DNA from: Intestinimonas massiliensis (ex Afouda et al. 2020) | GTDB taxonomy: Bacteria; Bacillota; Clostridia; Oscillospirales; Oscillospiraceae | Reading direction: 5' to 3' | Assembly (NCBI RefSeq): GCF_900626285.1 | Contig: NZ_LR131147.1 | Coordinates: forward strand, 1,187,953-1,219,952 | DNA: 32,000 nucleotides | Shown here: positions 9,461-17,330 of the stretch, one piece after another | How the letters are laid out: every line of letters starts with the position of its first letter | How positions within the stretch are numbered: the first letter of the stretch is position 1 | Program-made: the position numbers and the translations under genes | The notes under the pieces: model-generated | The model's database searches: none | The model's input: the letters and a program-made list of their open reading frames with translations, nothing else | Told to the model about the DNA's origin: nothing

Positions 9461-10387
9461 TTATGTGACTGATCCGCCCCACTCCGCCACCCGGGTTCTG
9501 GCTGTCTCAAAATAACCCCGATCCAGTTCAAAACCTACAAAGCGCCGGCCGGAATTCAGACAGGCCATGGCTGTGGAACCGCTTCCCATACAGTTGTCCA
9601 GCACGAGATCTCCCGGGTCGGTGTAAGTCCGCACCAGATACTCCAGCAGCGCCACCGGCTTCTGGGTGGGATGAAAGCGACGTTCCTTCCGGTTGGGAAA
9701 GCGGAGTACGGAGCGCGGATAGTTGGTAAAACGCTGCACACTTTCCTTGCCCATGGGGCGATAGACACCGCCCTTGCGTTCTCCACGCCGCACCACCGGG
9801 CGTTCCAGCGGGACCAACCCTTGGGGGTGATATTTGGGCAAACGATGGTAAAAGACCAGCATCAACTCGTGGGAGCGCATAGGCATCCGGTTTGCATTGG
9901 CATAGCCCACGGGGGAGTTCTTTTCCCATACCAGGTCATACCGGAAGAACTTCCGAGCGCTGTTGATGAGATCGGTAGCAAAAGGCTGAGCTGCAAAGAG
10001 CACCAGTGCCCCCCGTGGCTTTAGCACCCGCTGGTAATGTTCCCACAGGGGCTGAAACGGTATCACCGTATCCCACGCGCAGTTGGTGGTTCCGTAGGGC
10101 AGGTCACACAGGACCAGATCCACACTTCCGGTGTCCACACGGCTCATGCCAACCAAACAGTCACAGTTGTGCAGTCGAATTTGACGGTTGCGATCGATGT
10201 TGATTCCTCCTCTCGATGCCCAGCCAAACGGCCCTATTTCTCCGTGGGGAGAAAATCCCACACGGAGGGGGGCGCACGGTCTTACGCTCTCGGTCTCAAA
10301 ACTTTTTCTGGGTGGGGGAGGGTTTGGCAAGCCAAGGGCTTGCCGCGGGCGCAGGCGGGCATGACGGGCCCGCGGGTGTGCGCCCAA
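9461..10387 (-). CDS. Site-specific DNA methyltransferase (beta-class N6A/N4C). The N-terminal boundary is uncertain.
   Basis: Motifs: DLPYG (DPPY-type), HPTQKP and LDNCMGSGST. The conserved core starts near 10198. The 60 aa upstream of it (TTG at 10387 with a GGAGGGAGG SD) are Arg/Pro-rich and look non-coding. Confidence 0.85.
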   Translation of the reverse strand: MGAHPRARHARLRPRQALGLPNPPPPRKSFETESVRPCAPLRVGFSPHGEIGPFGWASRGGINIDRNRQIRLHNCDCLVGMSRVDTGSVDLVLCDLPYGTTNCAWDTVIPFQPLWEHYQRVLKPRGALVLFAAQPFATDLINSARKFFRYDLVWEKNSPVGYANANRMPMRSHELMLVFYHRLPKYHPQGLVPLERPVVRRGERKGGVYRPMGKESVQRFTNYPRSVLRFPNRKERRFHPTQKPVALLEYLVRTYTDPGDLVLDNCMGSGSTAMACLNSGRRFVGFELDRGYFETARTRVAEWGGSVT

Positions 10388-10407
10388 GCCTCCCTCCGAT
10401 TACGGCT

Positions 10408-10779
10408 TCATAGGCTTGCATTTTCCCGCCGTTTTTTCGTTTGTTCCAGCGCTGTTTTTCGGTCGTGGCAGTGCTTGCACAGGCTCTGGAGATTGTCCCG
10501 GTCGATAAACTTGGTCCAGTCTCCCTGGTGTGGATCCACGTGATCCACCACAGTGGCCCGGGTGCGGATACCACGCTTGGCGCACTCCCGGCACCAGGGC
10601 TCCCGTAAGAGTTGGGTGGGCCGCAGTTCATCAGTCCAGACAGGCAGGTTGTACCAAGCGTGGTACTCCGCCGAGGCCCGGCGGTCCGCTCGCTTGGTTT
10701 TGTGCTTGGGACAGTATCCCTCCCGAGTGAGTTCCGGGCATCCTGGATGCCGGCACGGTCGGAGCGGCTTCATGGCCAC
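10408..10779 (-). CDS. HNH endonuclease (terminase-associated type)
   Basis: Cys-rich N-terminus (CRHPGCPELTREGYCPKH), the VDHVDPH HNH core and LQSLCKHCHDRKT. Its position upstream of TerS is typical of cos-type HK97-like phages. Confidence 0.9.
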   Translation of the reverse strand: MAMKPLRPCRHPGCPELTREGYCPKHKTKRADRRASAEYHAWYNLPVWTDELRPTQLLREPWCRECAKRGIRTRATVVDHVDPHQGDWTKFIDRDNLQSLCKHCHDRKTALEQTKKRRENASL

Positions 10780-10792
10780 GGGCTATCACCTC

Positions 10793-10854
10793 CGGGCAAA
10801 ACAAAAAGCCAGAACCCGACCACATCCCACGCTGGGATCATGTCGGGCTCTGGC
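10793..10854 (-). terminator. Rho-independent terminator at the early/late boundary
   Basis: On the minus strand, a 13-bp stem (10842-10854 pairs with 10808-10820, one mismatch) contains an inner 6-bp hairpin. It is followed by TTTTTGTTTTG (complement of 10793-10807). Confidence 0.7.
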
Positions 10855-11044
10855 TCTCAAAGCACTGGCCTCTGTCGATGTCTACCGTCACGGTGCGCTT
10901 GCAGTTGCGGCAGTAGACAATTAAGTTTTGCGCCGCCGTATCCATCTCCACCCGGAGCAGACGCTTGCGGCAGCCAGGGCAGATCAACCATCCGTCCTTT
11001 ACGATAAGTTTACCACATTCGCGAGTTGGTTTCAACTTTTTCAC
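10838..11044 (-). CDS. Cysteine-rich zinc-ribbon protein (Cys-rich KTR-like)
   Basis: 68 aa with two CxxC pairs (CPGCRKR and CRNCKRT). Confidence 0.6.
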   Translation of the reverse strand: MKKLKPTRECGKLIVKDGWLICPGCRKRLLRVEMDTAAQNLIVYCRNCKRTVTVDIDRGQCFESQSPT

Positions 11045-11107
11045 TCACTTTCTATGGGCTTTTTTACTTGTCGCACCCTGTTTCCAGACCGAATAAAGAC
11101 GCGAAGG

Positions 11108-11869
11108 CTATTCTCTTCTCCGTCTGGACGGTGGCCTGGTTCCTTTCCTCTCCTTTCCTTTCTTCGGCTTAATATATTTAATAGTGATGAATTCCCCATA
11201 CTGGTTGCGGACGGGCGGCGGCGCGCTGAGGATGATCGCGCCCGGCGGCGCTGCCAGAGTCAGGGTATCCTTTACCAGCTCACTCTCCACCGTCGGCTTT
11301 CTCAGGCCCAGCGATGAGACCCAGCACTTTTTCCCTGGTTCCGGCCGTCCCACCTCCCGGGCCTCTTTGGTCAGATACTTGGCCAGAGCCTCGTACCCCT
11401 GCCAGTCATCCAGTTGCTCCATTTTGACATTTCCATACGGCCAAAGGGATTTTAGCACCTCAAGGTCTGCCCCGGTGCCATTGATGACAAGATGGTGATG
11501 CAACCGGCCGCCCTCGGCACTGAGTTGCTCAGTAACGTACACATAGCGCAGCTCCTGGCCCCTGGCTTTCCGGTGGGCCCGCAGCCAGGACAAAAACTTG
11601 CGGATCAGCTTGATAGCCTCCGTCTTGGAGAGCGGCAGATGGGTGTCGTCGTAAGTAAGCTCGATCACCAGATCCCGGCGGCTGAAATTGGCGGCCAGCA
11701 GCAGCTCCAGCTTCTGCCAGGCCCGGCGGTTGTTCAGCGCCATCTGAGCAGCGCTGGAGATCTCCCGCAGTGCGGCCCGCTCTTCCGACGTGCTGCGCGG
11801 CGTGGGTGTGGAGTAGAGCACCGCCATCACCAGCCGCCCGGCGGTGACAATTTTCAATCGCTTCGCCAT
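11108..11869 (-). CDS. HUH-superfamily rolling-circle Rep-like protein
   Basis: Start at the internal ATG 11869, which has an AAGGTGG SD and a 1-nt overlap with the upstream stop. Three motifs: VIELTYDD (motif 1-like), LHHHLVING (HUH) and AKYLTKE (catalytic Tyr-like). Confidence 0.65.
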   Translation of the reverse strand: MAKRLKIVTAGRLVMAVLYSTPTPRSTSEERAALREISSAAQMALNNRRAWQKLELLLAANFSRRDLVIELTYDDTHLPLSKTEAIKLIRKFLSWLRAHRKARGQELRYVYVTEQLSAEGGRLHHHLVINGTGADLEVLKSLWPYGNVKMEQLDDWQGYEALAKYLTKEAREVGRPEPGKKCWVSSLGLRKPTVESELVKDTLTLAAPPGAIILSAPPPVRNQYGEFITIKYIKPKKGKERKGTRPPSRRRRE

Positions 11870-12072
11870 CAATCCACCTTTTGGAACCGGTCCATATAGT
11901 GTCCGGTCCATTCTCTTTCCGGCTGCCGTAGGGAAAGCATCTTCTCCCGCACCAGCTTATCCATAACCCGTCCTATGGTGGGCTGGCCGTCCATCTGGGC
12001 CAATCGCTCCAGGTTTTTTGCGGTCTGGGCGGTTACCAGCATGGTGACCCGCCTCAAATTTTTACTTTTCAC
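11869..12072 (-). CDS. Ribbon-helix-helix (CopG/MetJ-like) small protein
   Basis: GTG at 12072 lies 6 nt after a GGGAGGGG SD. The sequence KNLRRVTMLVTAQTAKNLERLAQMDGQPTIGRVMDKLVRE fits a beta-strand-helix-helix pattern. The long ORF-track N-terminus was rejected. Confidence 0.5.
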   Translation of the reverse strand: MKSKNLRRVTMLVTAQTAKNLERLAQMDGQPTIGRVMDKLVREKMLSLRQPEREWTGHYMDRFQKVD

Positions 12073-12248
12073 CCTGTTCCCCTCCCTTATCCTCAACGAA
12101 AAATCTCCGACGAAATGTTGCACAATGATGATAACGCTCATCCCAGTACCAGCCTCCGGGATGTCTGCAAGCTCCCATAGTATCGTTGTGCCAAAAACAG
12201 TTATCACAGGTACGCATACATTCCTCGATACGGACGACATCTCCCATT

Positions 12249-12704
12249 CTATCCACCAATATCCTTTGGTACAGGCCCGCCCAACTTATCCAGTCCCTTG
12301 CCCACCTGACGCCACACCTCAATGGGATACACTTCATCTCCGCTATAGATATTTCTGAGGATGGTATCGGTGATTCCTTTGCCGCAGGCCTTGGCCAGAG
12401 GGGCAAAGCATCCAAGCCCATTTGCCTTCCGGTGGGCCTGGAGCCGGGTCAGGATCTCTCTCTTCTCCCTTGCCTCCGGGCTTGGCCCGGGCGGTGGCTC
12501 CGGCTCCCGCAGTTCCGGCGTCCATGCCCTGGGCAGCGGCAGCTCCACCACCTCGTAGGGCAGGCCGTCCTCCAGGAGGAGCAGCCCGTCCAAGATACCG
12601 GATATGATCTCATCCCGGAGCTGGTCCTTATCCGCCCTGGGCATGACCGGTACCCGCACCACCATCACAGGCACCATGGAGCTCTCTTCCATTTCCAAAT
12701 TCAT
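12249..12704 (-). CDS. Hypothetical early protein
   Basis: ORF with a GAAAGGGTG SD before tandem ATGs at 12707 and 12704. No family recognised. It has a proline-rich linker. Confidence 0.5.
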   Translation of the reverse strand: MNLEMEESSMVPVMVVRVPVMPRADKDQLRDEIISGILDGLLLLEDGLPYEVVELPLPRAWTPELREPEPPPGPSPEAREKREILTRLQAHRKANGLGCFAPLAKACGKGITDTILRNIYSGDEVYPIEVWRQVGKGLDKLGGPVPKDIGG

Positions 12705-12769
12705 CATCAGCACCCTTTCCCTTTTCATAACTGTGCCAAGTGGGCATGCTATCATCGGAGGTGTTTTGT

Positions 12770-12943
12770 ATGGAACCCACGTATAGCGACAGATACGCCA
12801 ACTTGGTCAATGATCCCGTCATGGAGGCCTACTTCTCCCAGCTGCCTGGCTATATCCAGGCTCAGATCCGTGCCCGCAAGCAGCAGCCCGCGACCCTGGA
12901 GGAACTCCAGCGTGTGGCGGATGAGGTGAAGAAACTGTTTTAA
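12770..12943 (+). CDS. Small hypothetical protein (57 aa)
   Basis: ATG at 12770 lies 7 nt after a GGAGGTG SD. It is on the strand opposite to the surrounding phage genes. Confidence 0.5.
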   Translation: MEPTYSDRYANLVNDPVMEAYFSQLPGYIQAQIRARKQQPATLEELQRVADEVKKLF

Positions 12944-12965
12944 ACACAAGTATTGAGGTGATACT

Positions 12966-13142
12966 ATGGCCAAACAAGGCATGGCCCGTCCCGATCGGAC
13001 CCATACCCAGCCCCGCAATGACCAGGCCCCCGTTCCCCAGATCCAAGGCAACGCCAGGCACGGGAAGGAAAAAGCGAACCCCATCATCGCCGGTACTTCC
13101 GGCCCTCACATGAAGGTCTACCACACTGACACCAAGGATTGA
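12966..13142 (+). CDS. Small hypothetical protein (58 aa, below the ORF-track cutoff)
   Basis: ATG at 12966 follows a GAGGTGA SD. Translation is MAKQGMARPDRTHTQPRNDQAPVPQIQGNARHGKEKANPIIAGTSGPHMKVYHTDTKD. A strong terminator follows. Confidence 0.5.
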   Translation: MAKQGMARPDRTHTQPRNDQAPVPQIQGNARHGKEKANPIIAGTSGPHMKVYHTDTKD

Positions 13143-13150
13143 CGTCGGGC

Positions 13151-13181
13151 AGGCGCCGCCCCATCGGGCGGCGCCTTTTCT
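13151..13181 (+). terminator. Rho-independent terminator
   Basis: An 11-bp GC stem (aggcgccgccc pairing with gggcggcgcct) with a 4-nt loop, followed by TTTTCT. Confidence 0.7.
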
Positions 13182-13265
13182 ATGCTCCGGCCCTCTGCCG
13201 GGCGCCCCGTATCTCCTACTACTACCCCACGTTGGTACGCAGGCCTTCAGATCAACAGGGCGCCC

Positions 13266-13308
13266 GGGAAGCAAAAGGAGGCCCGGGCGGGTGAGCGATC
13301 CCGCCCGG
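13266..13308 (-). terminator. Candidate terminator of the PcfJ-like operon
   Basis: A 9-bp GC stem (13300-13308 pairs with 13283-13291). On the minus strand it is followed, after a short spacer, by TTTT. Confidence 0.4.
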
Positions 13309-13340
13309 CAGAAGGCCGGAGCGCAATCAATCACACTTTA

Positions 13341-13484
13341 TTACCCCTCACCCACTTTCTCCTCCTGCATAAATTCCGCCAGCTTTGACAGAAAAAGCAA
13401 CGTCTCCGGGTCATCGGTTTTTATGGGCTTTCCACATATGGGGCAGGGATCTCCCGTTTTCAGCAGAATCGGTTCCTTACTCAT
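13341..13484 (-). CDS. Small hypothetical protein (47 aa) translationally coupled to the PcfJ-like gene
   Basis: ATGA start/stop overlap at 13481-13484. Translation is MSKEPILLKTGDPCPICGKPIKTDDPETLLFLSKLAEFMQEEKVGEG. Below the ORF-track cutoff. Confidence 0.4.
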   Translation of the reverse strand: MSKEPILLKTGDPCPICGKPIKTDDPETLLFLSKLAEFMQEEKVGEG

Positions 13485-15202
13485 GCCGCACCCTCTTTCT
13501 TTAGCTGAAGAACCGGCAAGCCCTTTTTGTCCCGCTTACTGCCTCCGTCCAGCCAGGCCAGCCACGGCTCCAGAATACCGGCGTACTTTACACTTGGCTT
13601 GACGGCTTCGTCGACATCGTTACGATAGCCGTGGATCTGCATAATTTGATTTCCGCTCATCTCAATGGTCACCAAAGGTTTACCAGGTTTCTTTCGGTCG
13701 CGGAGAAACAGGATTGTGGTGGTCCCCTTGATATGGCGATCCGCGTAGCCGCCCACACAGTGGTGCAAAGCCTTCCCCTCTGCTGTAATTTCCATGGCTG
13801 ACATCGGTGGACGGATCAGCCAGCGGTCAGTGCTGAAGGTATAACGGCTGACAAGGGTCTTCAGCCGCTTTAGGTACCGCTCCGACGTTTTCTTCTCACG
13901 GACCGCTCCGGCAGGCCCCATCATGCTCATGTGCTTGGCGTGTAGTTCTTTCGGCATCAGCCAGATGGGATTGGTCAAGTCATAGCCCAGCAGCGCAGCG
14001 TCCTCCAGGTAGTCCACCCATTCGGTGAGCAAGGTGCTGAGTGTCATCCGCTTCTGGCCTTTCCGTGTTTTTTCCTTCCGGATATAGGAAAGTAAACGTG
14101 CAGGCACCACCTTGTACCGGGCCATTTTGACCACCAGACGTCCCATCACGCTGGACGCCTCTTTGCGCAGCTCCTCCAGGTCGGCAAAAGTGATTTTCAG
14201 CCCTGCCCGGCGCAGCCGCTTGTACCATACCACCATGTCCAGCCTGTACTCAAAATAGGTTTTTTGAGCCAGCCAGTCTTTCAGCTCCGTGCGGCTCAGA
14301 CCAAACGCTTTTTGGGGATCCGGCTCCGCCCATCGGAAAGCAGCTTTATTCCACACTTTGTGCAGGATCAGGTCATCCACCGCCTTCTCAAGGCCCAGCT
14401 TCACCAGCATCTCCACCTGCCTCGGCCACTGGGTGCAAAGGGTAAGATAACGCATCAGCGTTGTTGTACGAGGAGGCTCTTTTTTCTCCCCCAAATAAGC
14501 CTCGGTCTGACAGTAGCGGAAGGGGCTGCTCTGCAATTCGTCTATATTGATCACGGTATATCCCATACCCTCAGCGGAGCACCAGCCGAAGGGCTCCCCT
14601 ATGGGAAGGGGCAACTTGGTGGGTGGAGCATCCAACGACACATAGCCCGTCCATGGATATCCGTTAAAGAGGCGGCTAGCCTTTTCAGCCAGGCCAGGGA
14701 GAAAACGATAGACCCGCAGGAGACCCACCTGTGGGCGGGCAGTCAACGACTCCACATCTTTGTAAGACTTCCTGCTCTCATAGGCCATGGCCCACAGAGC
14801 ACCCTCCCTTGCCCGCAGAACCACCACCCGATAATAGGCGTACAGGTTATCCCGTTTCCCGGTGCGCCCCAGTTCTTTCACTTTTGCCTTCTTCCCACAG
14901 ATGGGACAGGCAACCAGTTTCGGCTTTGGGGGAAGCTGCCCGCTCATAGCACCTATGTAGCATGCGTGTCCTTCCCAGGATTCCGGTTCCCGGTGGTGAG
15001 GCGCCTCCATCACCTCTTTCCAGGCATCATCCGTATCAGAAACATGGATATGCTGCCCACAGCAGGTAGTCCAGATTTCCCGGGTCTTCCGGCAGCGGAA
15101 CAGGTAGGCTGGATAGATGTCGTTGATGCGCTCCAGATCTTCTTCCCGCAAACGCGGAGCATGCTTTGCCAGCCAAGTGGCCCGCGTGGCTTCTGATTGC
15201 AT
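13481..15202 (-). CDS. PcfJ-like protein
   Basis: 573 aa. The C-terminal EGKALHHCVGGYADRHIKGTTTILFLRD matches the PcfJ-domain signature as I recall it. The N-terminal region is Cys-rich. Confidence 0.8.
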   Translation of the reverse strand: MQSEATRATWLAKHAPRLREEDLERINDIYPAYLFRCRKTREIWTTCCGQHIHVSDTDDAWKEVMEAPHHREPESWEGHACYIGAMSGQLPPKPKLVACPICGKKAKVKELGRTGKRDNLYAYYRVVVLRAREGALWAMAYESRKSYKDVESLTARPQVGLLRVYRFLPGLAEKASRLFNGYPWTGYVSLDAPPTKLPLPIGEPFGWCSAEGMGYTVINIDELQSSPFRYCQTEAYLGEKKEPPRTTTLMRYLTLCTQWPRQVEMLVKLGLEKAVDDLILHKVWNKAAFRWAEPDPQKAFGLSRTELKDWLAQKTYFEYRLDMVVWYKRLRRAGLKITFADLEELRKEASSVMGRLVVKMARYKVVPARLLSYIRKEKTRKGQKRMTLSTLLTEWVDYLEDAALLGYDLTNPIWLMPKELHAKHMSMMGPAGAVREKKTSERYLKRLKTLVSRYTFSTDRWLIRPPMSAMEITAEGKALHHCVGGYADRHIKGTTTILFLRDRKKPGKPLVTIEMSGNQIMQIHGYRNDVDEAVKPSVKYAGILEPWLAWLDGGSKRDKKGLPVLQLKKEGAA

Positions 15203-15216
15203 CTCACTCGCCTCCC

Positions 15217-15570
15217 TCAGAAGAAGTCGGTCAGATCCAGCAGGATGCCCTTTTGATCCGCCTCGGGTTCCTCCGGCTCAAGCTGGATGGTCATGGTGAA
15301 GTTGACCCTGGCCCCGTCAAAGTAGAATGCTGCCGCCCGTCGATAAGCCTCCAGATCAGAGAGGGAGCTGCCCACCCCCTTGGCCACCGCTGCCATACAG
15401 TCCGGGAAGGAGCCACCCTGAGCCACCGCTTGGGCGAACTCCTCATTCTGGCGGCAGAACTCCAACAGAGCATCCCGGACAGCGGACTTCATGGCGGACT
15501 CCTTCTGGCCTTTGACCTTGTCGTATTCTTCCTTAAGGCGGGTTTCCGCCTGCTCATACCAAGTATTCAT
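15217..15570 (-). CDS. PcfK-like protein (the family reported to include AcrIIA9-type Cas9 inhibitors)
   Basis: ATG at 15570 overlaps the upstream stop (ATGA). The sequence LLEFCRQNEEFAQAVAQGGSFPDCMAAVAKGVGSSLSDLEAYRRAAAFYF resembles the PcfK family. It is adjacent to the PcfJ-like gene, as on pCF10. Confidence 0.65.
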   Translation of the reverse strand: MNTWYEQAETRLKEEYDKVKGQKESAMKSAVRDALLEFCRQNEEFAQAVAQGGSFPDCMAAVAKGVGSSLSDLEAYRRAAAFYFDGARVNFTMTIQLEPEEPEADQKGILLDLTDFF

Positions 15571-16538
15571 TCCGCACACCTCCCAATGGCATCTGCCAAG
15601 GCCCGCAGGGCCTTTTCCATGCCCTGGGCGGCGGTCTTGTCCACTCTGCCCCGGGCCTTGATCAGCAGGCCCCGCAGCTTGTTGGCCAGCTCCTGGCCCT
15701 GGTTGAACAACACCTCAAACTGGGCCAGTTCCTTATCCCCTGCCATGGCGGCCTTCTTCTCCGCTTTGGACTGTTCCTCCAGTTTCCGGCGGACCTCGGC
15801 CAGGGCCACTTCTGCATCCTGCCGCTGCTCCTCCGCCTTCTTTTTGGCCTCCTTGGCCTTATCCAGCTTAGCCTGCATCTCGGCGATGGCGTCGGCCCTG
15901 GCCTTGTCGATGGCAGACTGATCCACCACCGTCTCCACGGCCACTTCAACCGGCTTCTCCTTCAGTTCGGCCAGTTCCGCCTCCAGACGGGCAACGGCCT
16001 GCATGGCCTGCTCCCGATCCTCGTTGGCTCCAGACAAACGGATATTGAGGAACTTCATATCCTCCGCCATCTTGTCCCGGGCCTGTTCCGCAGCCCGCTG
16101 ATCCGCTGCGGCGTGTTCGGCGGCGGCCTTTGCCTCATCCCGCTCTTTGATGGCCTGCTCCAGCTGGCGAGTACTCATGTCGATGACATTATGATCCGCC
16201 ATGAACTGATCTCGTTCTTCCGGTGGCAAAGCCAAAAGCGCCAATGCTTTGGAGGCCCCCAAATCGGAAAGCGCGTTCGTATTTGACCACTCCCGTGCCA
16301 AGCGCATAAAGTTCTGAGCTGTGCGCGGAGAAAACTCCACTTTTTCGGTGAGCCATGGCAACCACTCGCCATGGGAGAGCATGTCTTTTGCCTCGATCAG
16401 GCACCGGCCAATGGTAAGGATTGCCTCTCCCCCGGCCCGCTTGGCGTCTAAAAGTTCCCCCGTAATCACCTCAATGGTACGACCCTCGGCAGCCTTGGTC
16501 ATAGACTGGGCAACAATCCGACCTAAATTAGCCTTCAT
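15567..16538 (-). CDS. DUF3102-like protein with a long coiled-coil C-terminus
   Basis: Contains GEWLPWLTEKVEFSPRTAQNFMRLAREW, the DUF3102 signature from memory. The Ala/Glu/Lys-rich C-terminus is predicted coiled coil. It lies immediately downstream of ParA. Confidence 0.7.
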   Translation of the reverse strand: MKANLGRIVAQSMTKAAEGRTIEVITGELLDAKRAGGEAILTIGRCLIEAKDMLSHGEWLPWLTEKVEFSPRTAQNFMRLAREWSNTNALSDLGASKALALLALPPEERDQFMADHNVIDMSTRQLEQAIKERDEAKAAAEHAAADQRAAEQARDKMAEDMKFLNIRLSGANEDREQAMQAVARLEAELAELKEKPVEVAVETVVDQSAIDKARADAIAEMQAKLDKAKEAKKKAEEQRQDAEVALAEVRRKLEEQSKAEKKAAMAGDKELAQFEVLFNQGQELANKLRGLLIKARGRVDKTAAQGMEKALRALADAIGRCAE

Positions 16539-17310
16539 GCTTGATGCCCTCCTTTTCCAGCAGCTCCGCCACCCAGGCCCGGTAATCCCGGGCGGCTGAG
16601 CAGAAGGGACTCCACTGCTGGACCGCCATCCGGGCCCAGGAGCTCTCCGGTACCTTGTCGGTGCGGCGGATCACGGTATCGTAGACCGGCACATGTCCCT
16701 CCTCCCGGAGGTAGGCCACCGAATCCTCCACCACCGGGCTGCGGTGCCACTGATTGACCAGAATCCCGGCCACCCGCAGTTCCGGATGGAGGGAGCGCAG
16801 GCTGGCGATCTGATCCACCAGATCACCCACGCCGGTGACCGAGCAGGCGTCGGACAGCACGGGGATAATGACGGCGTCGCTGGCCAGGATGGCGGACACA
16901 CAGGCGGCGGACAGGTTGGGCGGACAGTCTATGACCATCACGTCATAGGCCTCGTCCTCCTCCATGGCCTCCCGCATATCCCGCACAGCACGGTAGCACC
17001 GCCCCCGGTCCCCCCCGGCGGCCTCCAGATCCAGAGCCCACAGGTCCTCCGCCGCCGGGAGCACGTCCAGCCCGGGTACATCGGTATGTATCGCCAGCTC
17101 GTCGTAGCAGATCGCGTACCCCCGCAGCAGAGCGCCCAGGCCGGCGTACTCGCCGGGAGGCAGCAGAATCTGGGTGGCGTTGGCCTGCCCGTCGGCGTCC
17201 ACCAGCAGCACCCGCAGGCCGCAGCTGGTGGCCAGCACATAGGCCAGATTGACAGCGGTGGTGGTCTTCCCCACCCCGCCCTTTCGATTCACGATTGCAA
17301 AGGTTTTCAT
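16528..17310 (-). CDS. parA: ParA-family partition ATPase
   Basis: Deviant Walker A motif NRKGGVGKTTTAVNLA. ATG at 17310 lies 9 nt after an AAGGAGG SD. Confidence 0.88.
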   Translation of the reverse strand: MKTFAIVNRKGGVGKTTTAVNLAYVLATSCGLRVLLVDADGQANATQILLPPGEYAGLGALLRGYAICYDELAIHTDVPGLDVLPAAEDLWALDLEAAGGDRGRCYRAVRDMREAMEEDEAYDVMVIDCPPNLSAACVSAILASDAVIIPVLSDACSVTGVGDLVDQIASLRSLHPELRVAGILVNQWHRSPVVEDSVAYLREEGHVPVYDTVIRRTDKVPESSWARMAVQQWSPFCSAARDYRAWVAELLEKEGIKHEG

Positions 17311-17330
17311 GCTCAAAATCCTCCTTTTGC

